Made by a program: the position numbers and the translations under genes. Shown piece by piece: positions 38,467 to 47,249 of a stretch of DNA of 52,456 bases. Origin of the DNA: a virus. Taxonomy: Duplodnaviria > Caudoviricetes. Positions within the stretch are counted from its first letter, which is position 1. Each line of letters starts with the position of its first letter. A model generated the notes under the pieces. It made no database searches, was not told the DNA's origin, and worked only from the letters and a program-made list of their open reading frames with translations. Location: positions 1-52,456 of the IMG/VR virus record IMGVR_UViG_3300034082_002361; one strand, written 5' to 3'.

Positions 38467-38772
38467 ATGAGTTTCCTAGTAGCCAACCTTCCACCCGTAC
38501 ATTGCTTTGTGCGTAGAGAATTCCTCTATGATTTTAAAAGCGGCCACGGTGAGTACGAGCCCTGCATATGGGTATCAATCAAAAGCCTACGCAGCCAAGC
38601 ATTTCGTATAGAAGCCTACTTGCCACGCTATGGTGCCTTATATGAAATAGACTTTAGCCAACAGTTGGGCAGAACTATAGCGGGTGTGTCAGACATATGG
38701 TGTTTGGCAGCGTTAGCCACTACCAACAACGATGATGCTGTGGGCATTGTAAACTGGCAGGAGCATAATTAA
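38467..38772 (+). pseudogene. Apparently chimeric ORF (N-terminus of one phage gene joined to C-terminus of another)
   Basis: Character changes abruptly after ...RYGALY (about 38645) into EIDFSQQLGRTIAGVSDIW...WQEHN. Confidence 0.5.
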
Positions 38773-38803
38773 TTGGTTTGGTTAGAAGATTAAATCAAAA
38801 CAG

Positions 38804-38855
38804 TTGACCCGCCAGCAATAAACTGCTATAGTAACCACACTATTCTAAATAAATA
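38804..38855 (+). promoter_or_regulatory. Tandem sigma70-type and late promoters
   Basis: TTGACC(38804)-17 nt-TATAGT(38827-38832); TAAATA 38850-38855 lies 6 nt before ATG 38862. Confidence 0.65.
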
Positions 38856-38861
38856 CTGACT

Positions 38862-40376
38862 ATGATATTCGGTTACTTAATGATGGTAATTGCCATCACC
38901 ATTAGTGCAATTGCTGCCTGGTATTCAGTTGAAGGCCTAACAGCCATCTTTGCCGCAGCCGTGGTGCCTGTTATTATCATGGGCGGTGCACTAGAAGCTG
39001 GTAAAATTACTGCCACAGTTTGGTTGCATAACAACTGGGCTAGAATTTCGTGGGCATACAAAACCTATCTTATTCCGGCCATTGTGTTCCTGATGCTGTT
39101 GACCAGTATGGGCATCTTTGGATTCCTAAGCAAAGCACACAGTGACCAAAATCTAGTCAGCGGTGATGCAATGAGTAAAGTTGCCATCTACGACGAACAA
39201 ATCAAAACCGAAAAAGACAACATAGACGCAAACAAACGAGCATTACAACAAATGGATGCACAAGTAGATAGCTTACTTGGTCGTACAGATACTGAACGTG
39301 GTGCTGAAAGAGCTGTGCTGGTACGTAAACAGCAGGCCCGGGAACGTTCCAGTCTACAAACAGAAATTGTCACAGCACAAAAGAAGATTGCCCGACTACA
39401 ACAAGAACGTGCGCCATTGGCAGCAGAGTTTAGAAAGATCGAAGCCGATGTTGGTCCAGTAAAATATATTGCAGCCTTCGTCTACGGTGACAATCCGGAT
39501 GCTAATGTATTGGAACGTGCTGTGAGTTGGATCATTATTCTTATTGTTATAGTTTTTGATCCATTGGCTCTATGTTTAATTCTAGCATCCAATAAACAAC
39601 TAGAATGGGCAAGAGAAGATAAAGTTCGGGCACACAATGAGGAAGAACAAACTGTTCCGACCGTGGCTGCGACTGAAGAACCACCGGCCGAGTCGCCACC
39701 TCATTACGAACCCGACGATGCTCCTTTAACTGAAGAACAGTTAGAGCAGATACGAATTATTGCTGCCAATGCTGCTGTAGACCAGTTAGAGCCGGCTGAG
39801 CCTGTGACCGAAGTCATTGAACCAGAGGCAATTCCAGAGCAGATCCAAACTGTTAACTTAGATGAAACGCTGCCGCAAGTTGAAGTCACACAACCGCCAG
39901 CTCAGGACACGGTATCGGCCACCGAGGCGCTACCACCTGAAGAGCCTCTTCCTGTTGATGTATTCAACACCCCAGTTCGACGCGGTGCAGATTATGCTGT
40001 CAGATATCGTGGCAAGGTGTATAACCTAGATGCATTTACCAAGTTGCATCCGGACTTGTCCATACAAGCAGATAACCAAAAAGCAAGTGTCACTGCTGGT
40101 CAATGTGGATTCGGGGATGCATTTCCTGCTGCACCTGCCAAAGGCGATATGTTTATTCGTACAGATTACTTGCCTGAGCAATTGTACAAATGGAATGGAT
40201 CCAAATGGATTGAGATAGACAAGAATTCAACTGATTCCTACACTTATAACCAGGCATACATACAGCACCTGATTGCCAAACTGGAAGCTGGTGAATACGA
40301 AATTGAAGATCTGAGTGCTGCTGAACAGTCACAGGTCGAACAACAAATTGAAGATATTTTGAAGAAAAATGCATAG
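38862..40376 (+). CDS. Membrane protein with coiled coil and acidic Pro/Glu-rich linker
   Basis: 3 N-terminal TM helices, coiled coil, 4th TM (IVFDPLA), low-complexity region, GDxFP...GD.F.RTD..P..LYKWNGSKW domain. Confidence 0.75.
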   Translation: MIFGYLMMVIAITISAIAAWYSVEGLTAIFAAAVVPVIIMGGALEAGKITATVWLHNNWARISWAYKTYLIPAIVFLMLLTSMGIFGFLSKAHSDQNLVSGDAMSKVAIYDEQIKTEKDNIDANKRALQQMDAQVDSLLGRTDTERGAERAVLVRKQQARERSSLQTEIVTAQKKIARLQQERAPLAAEFRKIEADVGPVKYIAAFVYGDNPDANVLERAVSWIIILIVIVFDPLALCLILASNKQLEWAREDKVRAHNEEEQTVPTVAATEEPPAESPPHYEPDDAPLTEEQLEQIRIIAANAAVDQLEPAEPVTEVIEPEAIPEQIQTVNLDETLPQVEVTQPPAQDTVSATEALPPEEPLPVDVFNTPVRRGADYAVRYRGKVYNLDAFTKLHPDLSIQADNQKASVTAGQCGFGDAFPAAPAKGDMFIRTDYLPEQLYKWNGSKWIEIDKNSTDSYTYNQAYIQHLIAKLEAGEYEIEDLSAAEQSQVEQQIEDILKKNA

Positions 40377-40716
40377 TAACTTTATAACTCCTCCGGACTT
40401 TGTAGATGATGATTTGCACACTGTCACTGTGGTTGATGCCACAGTTGATGAAGTGGAGCTGTTGGCCAACATGTGCAAAGTCAGTCCTAACGTGTACAAC
40501 ATATACCTGTATCGAACTGAAATGAACGAACTGACCTGGCTTGATCAATCCATTGCCCGGTCAGCAGCGGTCATTGTTGGTAACACTGTGGCTGAGTTGG
40601 ATTTTTTATACAAACTAGCGAATACCTACTACTACGGTGATGCCACATACCTGACCCCGGCCACCAAAGTAAACAGTGTACTAGATTATTTTGGTTTGCA
40701 GAACCAAACCAAATAA
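40369..40716 (+). CDS. Hypothetical protein
   Basis: 115-aa ORF, ITPPDF. Confidence 0.65.
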   Translation: MHSNFITPPDFVDDDLHTVTVVDATVDEVELLANMCKVSPNVYNIYLYRTEMNELTWLDQSIARSAAVIVGNTVAELDFLYKLANTYYYGDATYLTPATKVNSVLDYFGLQNQTK

Positions 40717-40726
40717 ATATTCAACT

Positions 40727-40969
40727 ATGGCATATTACGAAAAAAGAAACAAAATCACAGGGAACTTAGTTGTTGTGGGCAACGACAATGTGGAAAAAGC
40801 TCTGCGCAAATTCAAAAAGAAAGTGGCAGATTCTGGGTTGTTGCAAGATCTGCGTGAACGGGAAACCTACGAAAAACCAACCACACGCAGGAAAAAAGCC
40901 AAGGCCGCAGCCCGTCGTCGCTGGAAAAAGAAATTGTCCGACCAACAATTGCCAAAAAAATTGTTCTAA
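40727..40969 (+). CDS. rpsU: 30S ribosomal protein bS21
   Basis: NVEKALRKFKKKV..SG.L..LRERE.YEKPT.RRK.AKAAARRR. ATG 40727 lies 7 nt after TAAATA. Confidence 0.92.
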   Translation: MAYYEKRNKITGNLVVVGNDNVEKALRKFKKKVADSGLLQDLRERETYEKPTTRRKKAKAAARRRWKKKLSDQQLPKKLF

Positions 40970-41002
40970 CGCAAAAAGTTTGTTATAATACAGATATAAA
41001 TA
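40961..41002 (+). promoter_or_regulatory. Tandem sigma70 (extended -10) and T4 late promoters for dnaK
   Basis: TTGTTC-17 nt-TATAAT (40984-40989, TGn extended) and TATAAATA (40995-41002). Confidence 0.7.
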
Positions 41003-41005
41003 CAT

Positions 41006-41064
41006 GTGTGGGATGCTTCGGGCTCATACTAACAACTTGCTTAATTTAAGGAGAAATTAACATG
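41006..41064 (+). promoter_or_regulatory. ROSE-like RNA thermometer in dnaK 5'UTR
   Basis: 5' cUUCGg-capped hairpin 41006-41029; CUU-G-CUUA (41036-41043) pairs with UAAG-GAG (41047-41053) with a bulged G. Confidence 0.65.
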
Positions 41065-42948
41065 TCTAACCGTATTATTGGCATAGATCTCGGAACTACA
41101 AATAGCTGCGTAGCAGTAATCGAAAATGGCCAACCTAAAGTAATTGAAAATTCAGAAGGCGCACGTACTACGCCCAGCGTGGTTGCCTACACTGCAGAAG
41201 AAATTATTGTCGGCGCTGGTGCAAAGCGTCAAGCAGTTACAAATCCAAAAAGTACTATCTATGCTGCCAAGCGTCTAATTGGACGTAAATTCAAAGAAGA
41301 GGCAGTTCAAAAAGACATTGGCCTTATGCCTTATACCATTATTGAAAGTAGTAATGGTGATGCATGGGTCTCAACCGGGGACAAAGAACTGGCCCCGCCC
41401 CAGATCTCAGCAGAAGTCATTCGTAAAATGAAAAAGACTGCCGAGGACTATTTGGGACGTGAAGTAACACAGGCAGTTATCACTGTGCCTGCTTACTTCA
41501 ATGACAGTCAACGCCAAGCAACCAAAGATGCTGGCGCAATTGCAGGACTAGAAGTGCTGCGGATTATCAATGAGCCGACCGCAGCGGCCTTGGCATATGG
41601 AATCGATAAAAATGAAAAAGTTGATCGCAAGATCGCTGTGTACGATTTGGGTGGTGGTACCTTTGATGTTAGTATCATTGATATTGCTAACGTGGATGGT
41701 GATAAGCAATTTGAAGTACTTTCCACCAATGGTGATACATTCCTAGGTGGCGAAGACTTTGACCAACGCATTATGGATTACTTGATTGACCAGTTTAAAA
41801 AAGAAACTGGAGTTGATCTAGCCCTAGACGTTATGGCCCTGCAACGACTCAAAGATGCAGCAGAACGTACCAAGATTGAACTCAGCAGCAGCACACAAAC
41901 AGATGTAAACTTACCTTACATCACAGCAGATGCCACAGGTCCCAAGCACATGAACATCAAGTTGACCCGTTCCAAACTGGAAGGCCTGGTTGAAGAACTG
42001 ATTCAACGCAGTATTGAACCGTGCCGTGTGGCCATGCGTGATGCAGGTTGTGTGCCCGGCGACATTGATGAAGTTATCTTGGTAGGCGGTATGACACGCA
42101 TGCCCAAGGTACAGGAAGCAGTTGAACAATTATTTGGACGGGCACCACGACGTGATGTCAATCCTGATGAAGCAGTAGCGGTTGGCGCAGCAGTACAAGG
42201 TGCTGTGTTGGGTGGTAGCCGTAATGACGTACTACTCCTTGATGTAACCCCACTAAGCCTGGGAATCGAAACCATGGGCGGAGTGATGACCAAACTAATC
42301 CAAAAGAACACCACTATTCCTACCAAGCATAGTCAAGTGTTTTCCACAGCAGAAGATAACCAGCCTGCTGTGACAATCAAAGTTTGTCAAGGAGAACGTG
42401 AACTTGTGCAATATAACAAACTGTTAGGTGAATTCAACTTGGAAGGAATTGCACCTGCTCGACGCGGAACGCCGCAGATTGAAGTTTCGTTGGATGTTGA
42501 TGCCAATGGTATTCTCAAAGTAAGTGCTCGTGATAAAAGTACTGGCAAAGAAAACAAGATCACTATCAAATCAGATTCAGGTCTAAGCCAAGAGCAGATT
42601 GACGAAATGATTCGCGATGCTGAAGCCAATGCTGATGCAGACGCCAAACAGCGCGAATTGATTGAGGCACGTAATCAAGCAGATGCAATTATTCACAAAG
42701 TTAAAACTGATCTTGCCGAGGTTGACGGCCAACTTACCGAGGACCAGACGAAACAAATTAATGACAAAATAACGGAACTACAAGAGACGATTGCAGGCAC
42801 AGACAAGGAAGTGATCACTACCAAGATATCAGAATTGTTTGTGGCCGCCAATGCAATCAATGAAGCAAAAGCAGCAGCCACATCACAGTCTACTACGCCG
42901 GCAGCAGATGACACGGTGGTTGATGCTGAGTTTAAAGAAACAAAGTAA
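41062..42948 (+). CDS. dnaK: Hsp70 chaperone DnaK
   Basis: [35 protein letters not shown]-terminal DAEFKE. Confidence 0.98.
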   Translation: MSNRIIGIDLGTTNSCVAVIENGQPKVIENSEGARTTPSVVAYTAEEIIVGAGAKRQAVTNPKSTIYAAKRLIGRKFKEEAVQKDIGLMPYTIIESSNGDAWVSTGDKELAPPQISAEVIRKMKKTAEDYLGREVTQAVITVPAYFNDSQRQATKDAGAIAGLEVLRIINEPTAAALAYGIDKNEKVDRKIAVYDLGGGTFDVSIIDIANVDGDKQFEVLSTNGDTFLGGEDFDQRIMDYLIDQFKKETGVDLALDVMALQRLKDAAERTKIELSSSTQTDVNLPYITADATGPKHMNIKLTRSKLEGLVEELIQRSIEPCRVAMRDAGCVPGDIDEVILVGGMTRMPKVQEAVEQLFGRAPRRDVNPDEAVAVGAAVQGAVLGGSRNDVLLLDVTPLSLGIETMGGVMTKLIQKNTTIPTKHSQVFSTAEDNQPAVTIKVCQGERELVQYNKLLGEFNLEGIAPARRGTPQIEVSLDVDANGILKVSARDKSTGKENKITIKSDSGLSQEQIDEMIRDAEANADADAKQRELIEARNQADAIIHKVKTDLAEVDGQLTEDQTKQINDKITELQETIAGTDKEVITTKISELFVAANAINEAKAAATSQSTTPAADDTVVDAEFKETK

Positions 42949-42957
42949 AGCATATGC

Positions 42958-43029
42958 GGTGTAGATGCCCAGGTGGGGTCTACACCCATATAACGTCATA
43001 ACTTGCTTACATGAAAGGAGAAAACTATG
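42958..43029 (+). promoter_or_regulatory. ROSE-like RNA thermometer in hsp20 5'UTR
   Basis: Stable 5' hairpin GGTGTAGA/TCTACACC (42958-42986); CUU-G-CUU (43002-43008) pairs with SD AAGGAG (43015-43020) with a bulged G. Confidence 0.72.
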
Positions 43030-43464
43030 ACAACATATATTACAACCTTTGATTTACCTACTATCCATCGCCACGCTGTGGGATTTGATAGACTATTTAA
43101 CGAACTGGGACGCACTTTTGCCAACAGTAAGGTAGATGGTAATTACCCTCCGCACAACATTGTGCAAATTGATGAAACACATTATGCCATTCAATTGGCA
43201 GTGGCTGGGTTCGCTGAGGATGAACTTGATATTGAATTCAAGGACAATGTGCTCACTGTAAAAGGTGAACAGCATCAACAGGACGAATACACTTATCATT
43301 ATCGTGGTATCAGTTCTCGCGCATTTACTCGTGCATTTCCATTGGCTGAACACATGGAAGTCAAAGGTGCCACTGTGATAAACGGTATTTTGGCAGTCAG
43401 CATTGAGCACATTGTGCCCGACGAACAAAAACCCAAGAAAATTGCTATTACGTTTGCAAAGTAA
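43027..43464 (+). CDS. hsp20: Small heat-shock protein (IbpA-like)
   Basis: VGFDRLF, NYPPHNI, LAVAGF, RGISSRAFTRAF, NGIL, PKKIAI. Confidence 0.95.
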   Translation: MTTYITTFDLPTIHRHAVGFDRLFNELGRTFANSKVDGNYPPHNIVQIDETHYAIQLAVAGFAEDELDIEFKDNVLTVKGEQHQQDEYTYHYRGISSRAFTRAFPLAEHMEVKGATVINGILAVSIEHIVPDEQKPKKIAITFAK

Positions 43465-43510
43465 TTAGATAAGTAGTATAATAACACGTAAGGGGATTCC
43501 TCCCCTTACG
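43454..43510 (+). promoter_or_regulatory. sigma70 promoter followed by a 10-bp hairpin, upstream of clpS
   Basis: TTGCAA-17 nt-TATAAT (43477-43482); CGTAAGGGGA-TTCC-TCCCCTTACG (43487-43510) without U tail. Confidence 0.7.
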
Positions 43511-43525
43511 CAACTATATAAAATT

Positions 43526-43834
43526 ATGAGTAAAACGGACGTTATTGTAAAACCTCGAGTGCAAACTAAAACGGACATCCAACCTCCAAGTTTGTTTAAT
43601 GTGATCTATCTCAACGACAATGTTACCACGACAGAATTTGTGATAGAAAGTTTAAAAAATATTTTTCATCACGACGAAGAAACTGCTACAGAAATTACTC
43701 AACGCATACATGAACAAGGAAGCAGTGTGGTTAGCACCCTTCCTTATGAAATTGCAGAACAAAAAGGTGTCGAGGCCACAATGCTGGCTCGAACCAATGG
43801 CTTTCCCCTTAACGTCAAACTAGAACCAGCTTAA
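43526..43834 (+). CDS. clpS: ClpAP adaptor ClpS
   Basis: VIYLNDNVTTTEFV, IHEQG, YEIAEQK, GFPL. Confidence 0.93.
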   Translation: MSKTDVIVKPRVQTKTDIQPPSLFNVIYLNDNVTTTEFVIESLKNIFHHDEETATEITQRIHEQGSSVVSTLPYEIAEQKGVEATMLARTNGFPLNVKLEPA

Positions 43835-43837
43835 TAA

Positions 43838-44311
43838 ATGATATTTAATAAAATCAAAGAGCTTAAGGCCCAGGGTCTTAAGATTGGTATTACCTTCTCA
43901 ACCTTTGATATGTTGCACGCCGGGCATGTTGCCATGCTGAGTGAAGCAAAAAATCACTGCGATTACCTAATTGCAGGATTACAAACAGATCCCACTATAG
44001 ATCGTCCGGATAGCAAGAATCCTCCTGTGCAGAGTATTGTAGAACGACAGATACAACTTAGTGCCACACGTTTCGTAGACGAAATAGTTGTGTACCAGAC
44101 TGAACAAGACCTTATTGACCTCTTGCTCATATTGCCAGTTGATGTTAGAATACTGGGTATAGAATACGAAAACAAAGACTTTACTGGTCGCGGTGAATGC
44201 TGTGAGCGTAATATTGAACTGGTGTTTAACGGACGCGATCACTCATTTAGTTCTAGTAGTTTACGTAAACGTGTTGCAGCAGCCGAAGCCCATCGAGCAT
44301 TGAAAGGGTAG
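43838..44311 (+). CDS. Cytidylyltransferase (TagD-like)
   Basis: TFDMLHAGH (HxGH), VDEIVVY, SSSSLR. Confidence 0.88.
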   Translation: MIFNKIKELKAQGLKIGITFSTFDMLHAGHVAMLSEAKNHCDYLIAGLQTDPTIDRPDSKNPPVQSIVERQIQLSATRFVDEIVVYQTEQDLIDLLLILPVDVRILGIEYENKDFTGRGECCERNIELVFNGRDHSFSSSSLRKRVAAAEAHRALKG

Positions 44312-44313
44312 TA

Positions 44314-45156
44314 ATGGACTACAAAAGTGCCGGAGTAGATGTTGAATTAGCAGACCAATTGGTAAAGTATCTAGGTATGTCTGGGTACGGTGCTGTGATT
44401 GATCTTGGTGGTGTGAAAGTTGTGTTATCAACAGATGGAGTTGGCACCAAACTGCTGGTGGCAGAAGCACAGAACAAGTTTGATACCATTGGTATAGACT
44501 TGGTTGCCATGTGTACCAATGATGTATTGTGTCAAGGCGCCAGACCACATAGCTTTTTAGATTACTATGCAACTGGTAAGTTGGATTTAGCAAAAAGTAA
44601 AATTATCCTGGATGGTATCATACAAGGGTGTAAACTTGCTGGTTGCAAACTAGTGGGTGGTGAAACTGCAGAGATGCCCGGAGTATACAACGGTAGTCAA
44701 TTTGATCTAGCTGGCTTTTGCATGGGTGTGGTAGAAAAAGATTTACCCCAGTCAGTCAAGAGTGGTGATCTATTGGTGGGAATCCCCAGTAGTGGTCCAC
44801 ACAGTAATGGATTTAGTTTATTGCGTAAACTGTTACCAATTGACGAAATTCCGTTGACCCCTACCAGAATCTACACCAATGAGATCATGGACAATCTGGC
44901 CTATATCAAGGCCTGCAGTCATATCACTGGTGGCGGCATTCATGGCAATCTACCCAGAGTATTAAATGGACATGACTATAAATTGAATATTGACTTACCT
45001 GCTGACAGTTGGTGGCAAGACCTATTTGAACGTAGCCAGCTATCAAAACACGAATTTGAAAGCACATTCAATTGCGGATGGGGCATGATTTTGGTAGTTG
45101 ATGATATCAGTAACTTGAATATCAAAGATGCACAATTAATTGGTCAAGTACTTTAA
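44314..45156 (+). CDS. purM: Phosphoribosylformylglycinamidine cyclo-ligase (AIR synthetase)
   Basis: YKSAGVD, TDGVGTK, GGETAEMPG, SSGPHSNG, HITGGG, TFNCG.GM. Confidence 0.95.
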   Translation: MDYKSAGVDVELADQLVKYLGMSGYGAVIDLGGVKVVLSTDGVGTKLLVAEAQNKFDTIGIDLVAMCTNDVLCQGARPHSFLDYYATGKLDLAKSKIILDGIIQGCKLAGCKLVGGETAEMPGVYNGSQFDLAGFCMGVVEKDLPQSVKSGDLLVGIPSSGPHSNGFSLLRKLLPIDEIPLTPTRIYTNEIMDNLAYIKACSHITGGGIHGNLPRVLNGHDYKLNIDLPADSWWQDLFERSQLSKHEFESTFNCGWGMILVVDDISNLNIKDAQLIGQVL

Positions 45157-45168
45157 ACGGATACTGTC

Positions 45169-45705
45169 ATGGACATAATGCTAGATATAGAAACACTTAG
45201 TACCAGACCGGAGAGTGTGATTCTTACCTTGGGAGCAGTCAAGTTTGATCCGTTTGGTGACAAAGTAGACACTGACACTGGACTTTACATCAGATGCGAC
45301 GTGGATGAACAAATTGCGCTGGACCGGCACATTCAACAAGAAACTGTTGACTGGTGGGGTACACAGCCCGAGGATGTTAGAGAAGAAGCATTGGGAGAAC
45401 ATGATCGTACCAGCATGAATGAAATGCTAGATCAGCTGAATCGGTTCTTGGTTGGTTCTGGCAACATTTGGTGCCAAGGTCCGGCGTTTGACATTGTGAT
45501 ACTAGAAAACTTGTATAGACAAATGCAACGTCCAACCCCGTGGCAGTTTTGGCAAATTAGAGATAGTCGTACCCTGTTTGGTGTACACGGTGATCCTAGG
45601 GAGAAAGGTAGAACTGGTGCACACAATGCTCTGATTGATTGCTATTATCAGGCACAAGCGGTGCAGCAGGTGTATAAACAAGTGGGCATAAAGAAAAGGG
45701 CATAA
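45169..45705 (+). CDS. DEDD-family 3'-5' exonuclease
   Basis: MLDIETL, FD..IL, RDSRT, HNALIDC. Confidence 0.85.
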   Translation: MDIMLDIETLSTRPESVILTLGAVKFDPFGDKVDTDTGLYIRCDVDEQIALDRHIQQETVDWWGTQPEDVREEALGEHDRTSMNEMLDQLNRFLVGSGNIWCQGPAFDIVILENLYRQMQRPTPWQFWQIRDSRTLFGVHGDPREKGRTGAHNALIDCYYQAQAVQQVYKQVGIKKRA

Positions 45706-46007
45706 TGGATATTATATTTTCAAGACAGGTAGCAGAAGAATTAGCAGAAAAATACACAGTACTAGAACTTGAACCACACAGTGCAGGTGAAGATATTTTA
45801 GAAACTTTTTGTGTGGTACCCAGCGACAAGATTCCCATTGCCGAAGTGGTCATGCTAGACCATTGGAAAAAGCTGCACGGCGAGTTTGTTCAAGCAAACA
45901 AAGACAAAAATGGTAAATTGTGCAAGGATCTACTAGAGCATCTAACAGGCAAATGGGGCAGCGAACTTGACGAATACTACCAAATAGTTTGCGCTCGATA
46001 TAACTAA
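45705..46007 (+). CDS. Hypothetical protein
   Basis: TAATG-coupled, 100 aa. Confidence 0.7.
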   Translation: MDIIFSRQVAEELAEKYTVLELEPHSAGEDILETFCVVPSDKIPIAEVVMLDHWKKLHGEFVQANKDKNGKLCKDLLEHLTGKWGSELDEYYQIVCARYN

Positions 46008-46042
46008 TTATTTTGTCAACGATTCGTTCATATATACTATAT

Positions 46043-46378
46043 ATGAACAAATTACTGGCTGCTATCCTACTAGCAACATCTTTAGTAGCCCATGCAGAAT
46101 TGCACGAACGTACCGTAAAAGTAGTGTGTGGTTCGCAGGAAGAGTTTCTTATGACTGCCAAAAAATACGAAGAAATTCCGTATATTGCAGGCGTTAATCA
46201 AGACCAACGTACTATCACAAGCCTGTGGGGTAATATGCAAACAGGAACCACAAGCTGGATAATGCACCTAAGTGACACAGACGAATGGTGCATGATCGGA
46301 GTAGGCTCAAAAATTATAATACCAGAGTCCAGTCCATTTCAAAACGTACCTGTTGGAAAAAGAATTAAACTAAACTAA
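46043..46378 (+). CDS. Secreted/periplasmic hypothetical protein
   Basis: Signal peptide MNKLLAAILLATSLVAHA; two Cys. Confidence 0.7.
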   Translation: MNKLLAAILLATSLVAHAELHERTVKVVCGSQEEFLMTAKKYEEIPYIAGVNQDQRTITSLWGNMQTGTTSWIMHLSDTDEWCMIGVGSKIIIPESSPFQNVPVGKRIKLN

Positions 46379-46403
46379 ACCTGGACTGGATCCAGGTTTT
46401 TTT
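46377..46403 (+). terminator. Rho-independent terminator
   Basis: AAACCTGGA-CTGGA-TCCAGGTTT plus T run. Confidence 0.85.
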
Positions 46404-46423
46404 ATGAATTAAAGGAGCACACA

Positions 46424-46501
46424 ATGAGTTGGTTTGCACACAAACCCCCTAAATATCCGCCACCGGCGCCAGGGCCAACCCACCCTCCCGCCAGAATCTA
46501 A
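46424..46501 (+). CDS. 25-aa proline-rich peptide (not in ORF track)
   Basis: AAGGAG SD before ATG; MSWFAHKPPKYPPPAPGPTHPPARI. Confidence 0.55.
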   Translation: MSWFAHKPPKYPPPAPGPTHPPARI

Positions 46502-46564
46502 ATAAATACTATATTCAATAATCGCTGGTTCCATCAATTAAAATTATAAAGGAATCAAGGATAG

Positions 46565-47218
46565 ATGGATCCAATCACCGCTTTTGCAATGGCACAAGGG
46601 GCTTTAAAGGCCATTAGATCCGGTGTGGAATTTTACAAGGAATGCCAATCCGCTGCGGCTGATGTGTCCGACATCACCATGGAAGTGTCCGGGAACATCG
46701 GCAAGTTCCTGGATGCCAAGGGTGTAGTACAAGAAGCTGCTGCCAAAGCCAAGAAAGAAAGCGAAGAAAACTTTGATCCCAACAAGGTCAACAGCCAGGC
46801 CCTGAACAATGTCATGATGGAAATGCAGTTGGCCAACGCCGAAAAAGAACTGCGTGAAATGTTGGTGTACGAAACTCCTGGACTGGGCGATATTTGGTCA
46901 AGATTCAGCCAAGAAAGAGAAAGACTGTGGGAGTTACAGCAACAACACCAAGAAGAACTGGACCGCCAGTCCAAACAAGCACGAGCACAGGCACTGCAAA
47001 AAGCAGCAAGACGTAGACGACAACTGGAGCAAATCTGGCACGATGCGCATTGGATGGTAACGGTTGTGGCCATAGTGCTAGTATACGTGGGTGCCATGTA
47101 CATGATAGTACAAGATAGAAAAGTGCAAAATCCTGAACTGGGCACTTGTTTTATACCCAAAGGAGCACCAGGCTACGAATGGTACAGTACTCTAAGATGG
47201 GTTGACTGCACAACATAA
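46565..47218 (+). CDS. Coiled-coil protein with C-terminal TM helix
   Basis: MDPITAFAMA N-terminus, Q/E/R-rich helix, TM; TAAATA at 46503. Confidence 0.7.
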   Translation: MDPITAFAMAQGALKAIRSGVEFYKECQSAAADVSDITMEVSGNIGKFLDAKGVVQEAAAKAKKESEENFDPNKVNSQALNNVMMEMQLANAEKELREMLVYETPGLGDIWSRFSQERERLWELQQQHQEELDRQSKQARAQALQKAARRRRQLEQIWHDAHWMVTVVAIVLVYVGAMYMIVQDRKVQNPELGTCFIPKGAPGYEWYSTLRWVDCTT

Positions 47219-47249
47219 CTGTAATAAATATTATTTTAGGAACATTAAA

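Noticed and set aside
43487-43510. Hairpin as the hsp20 terminator
   Set aside because: No U tract, and it starts at about the predicted +1 of a sigma70 promoter, so it is more likely a 5' stabiliser of the clpS transcript.
41062-45156. Bacterial chromosomal contamination
   Set aside because: Genes that are unlinked in bacteria are packed here with phage-type genes and a TATAAATA promoter, with no dnaJ/grpE or purN/clpA context. Only read mapping could exclude it fully.
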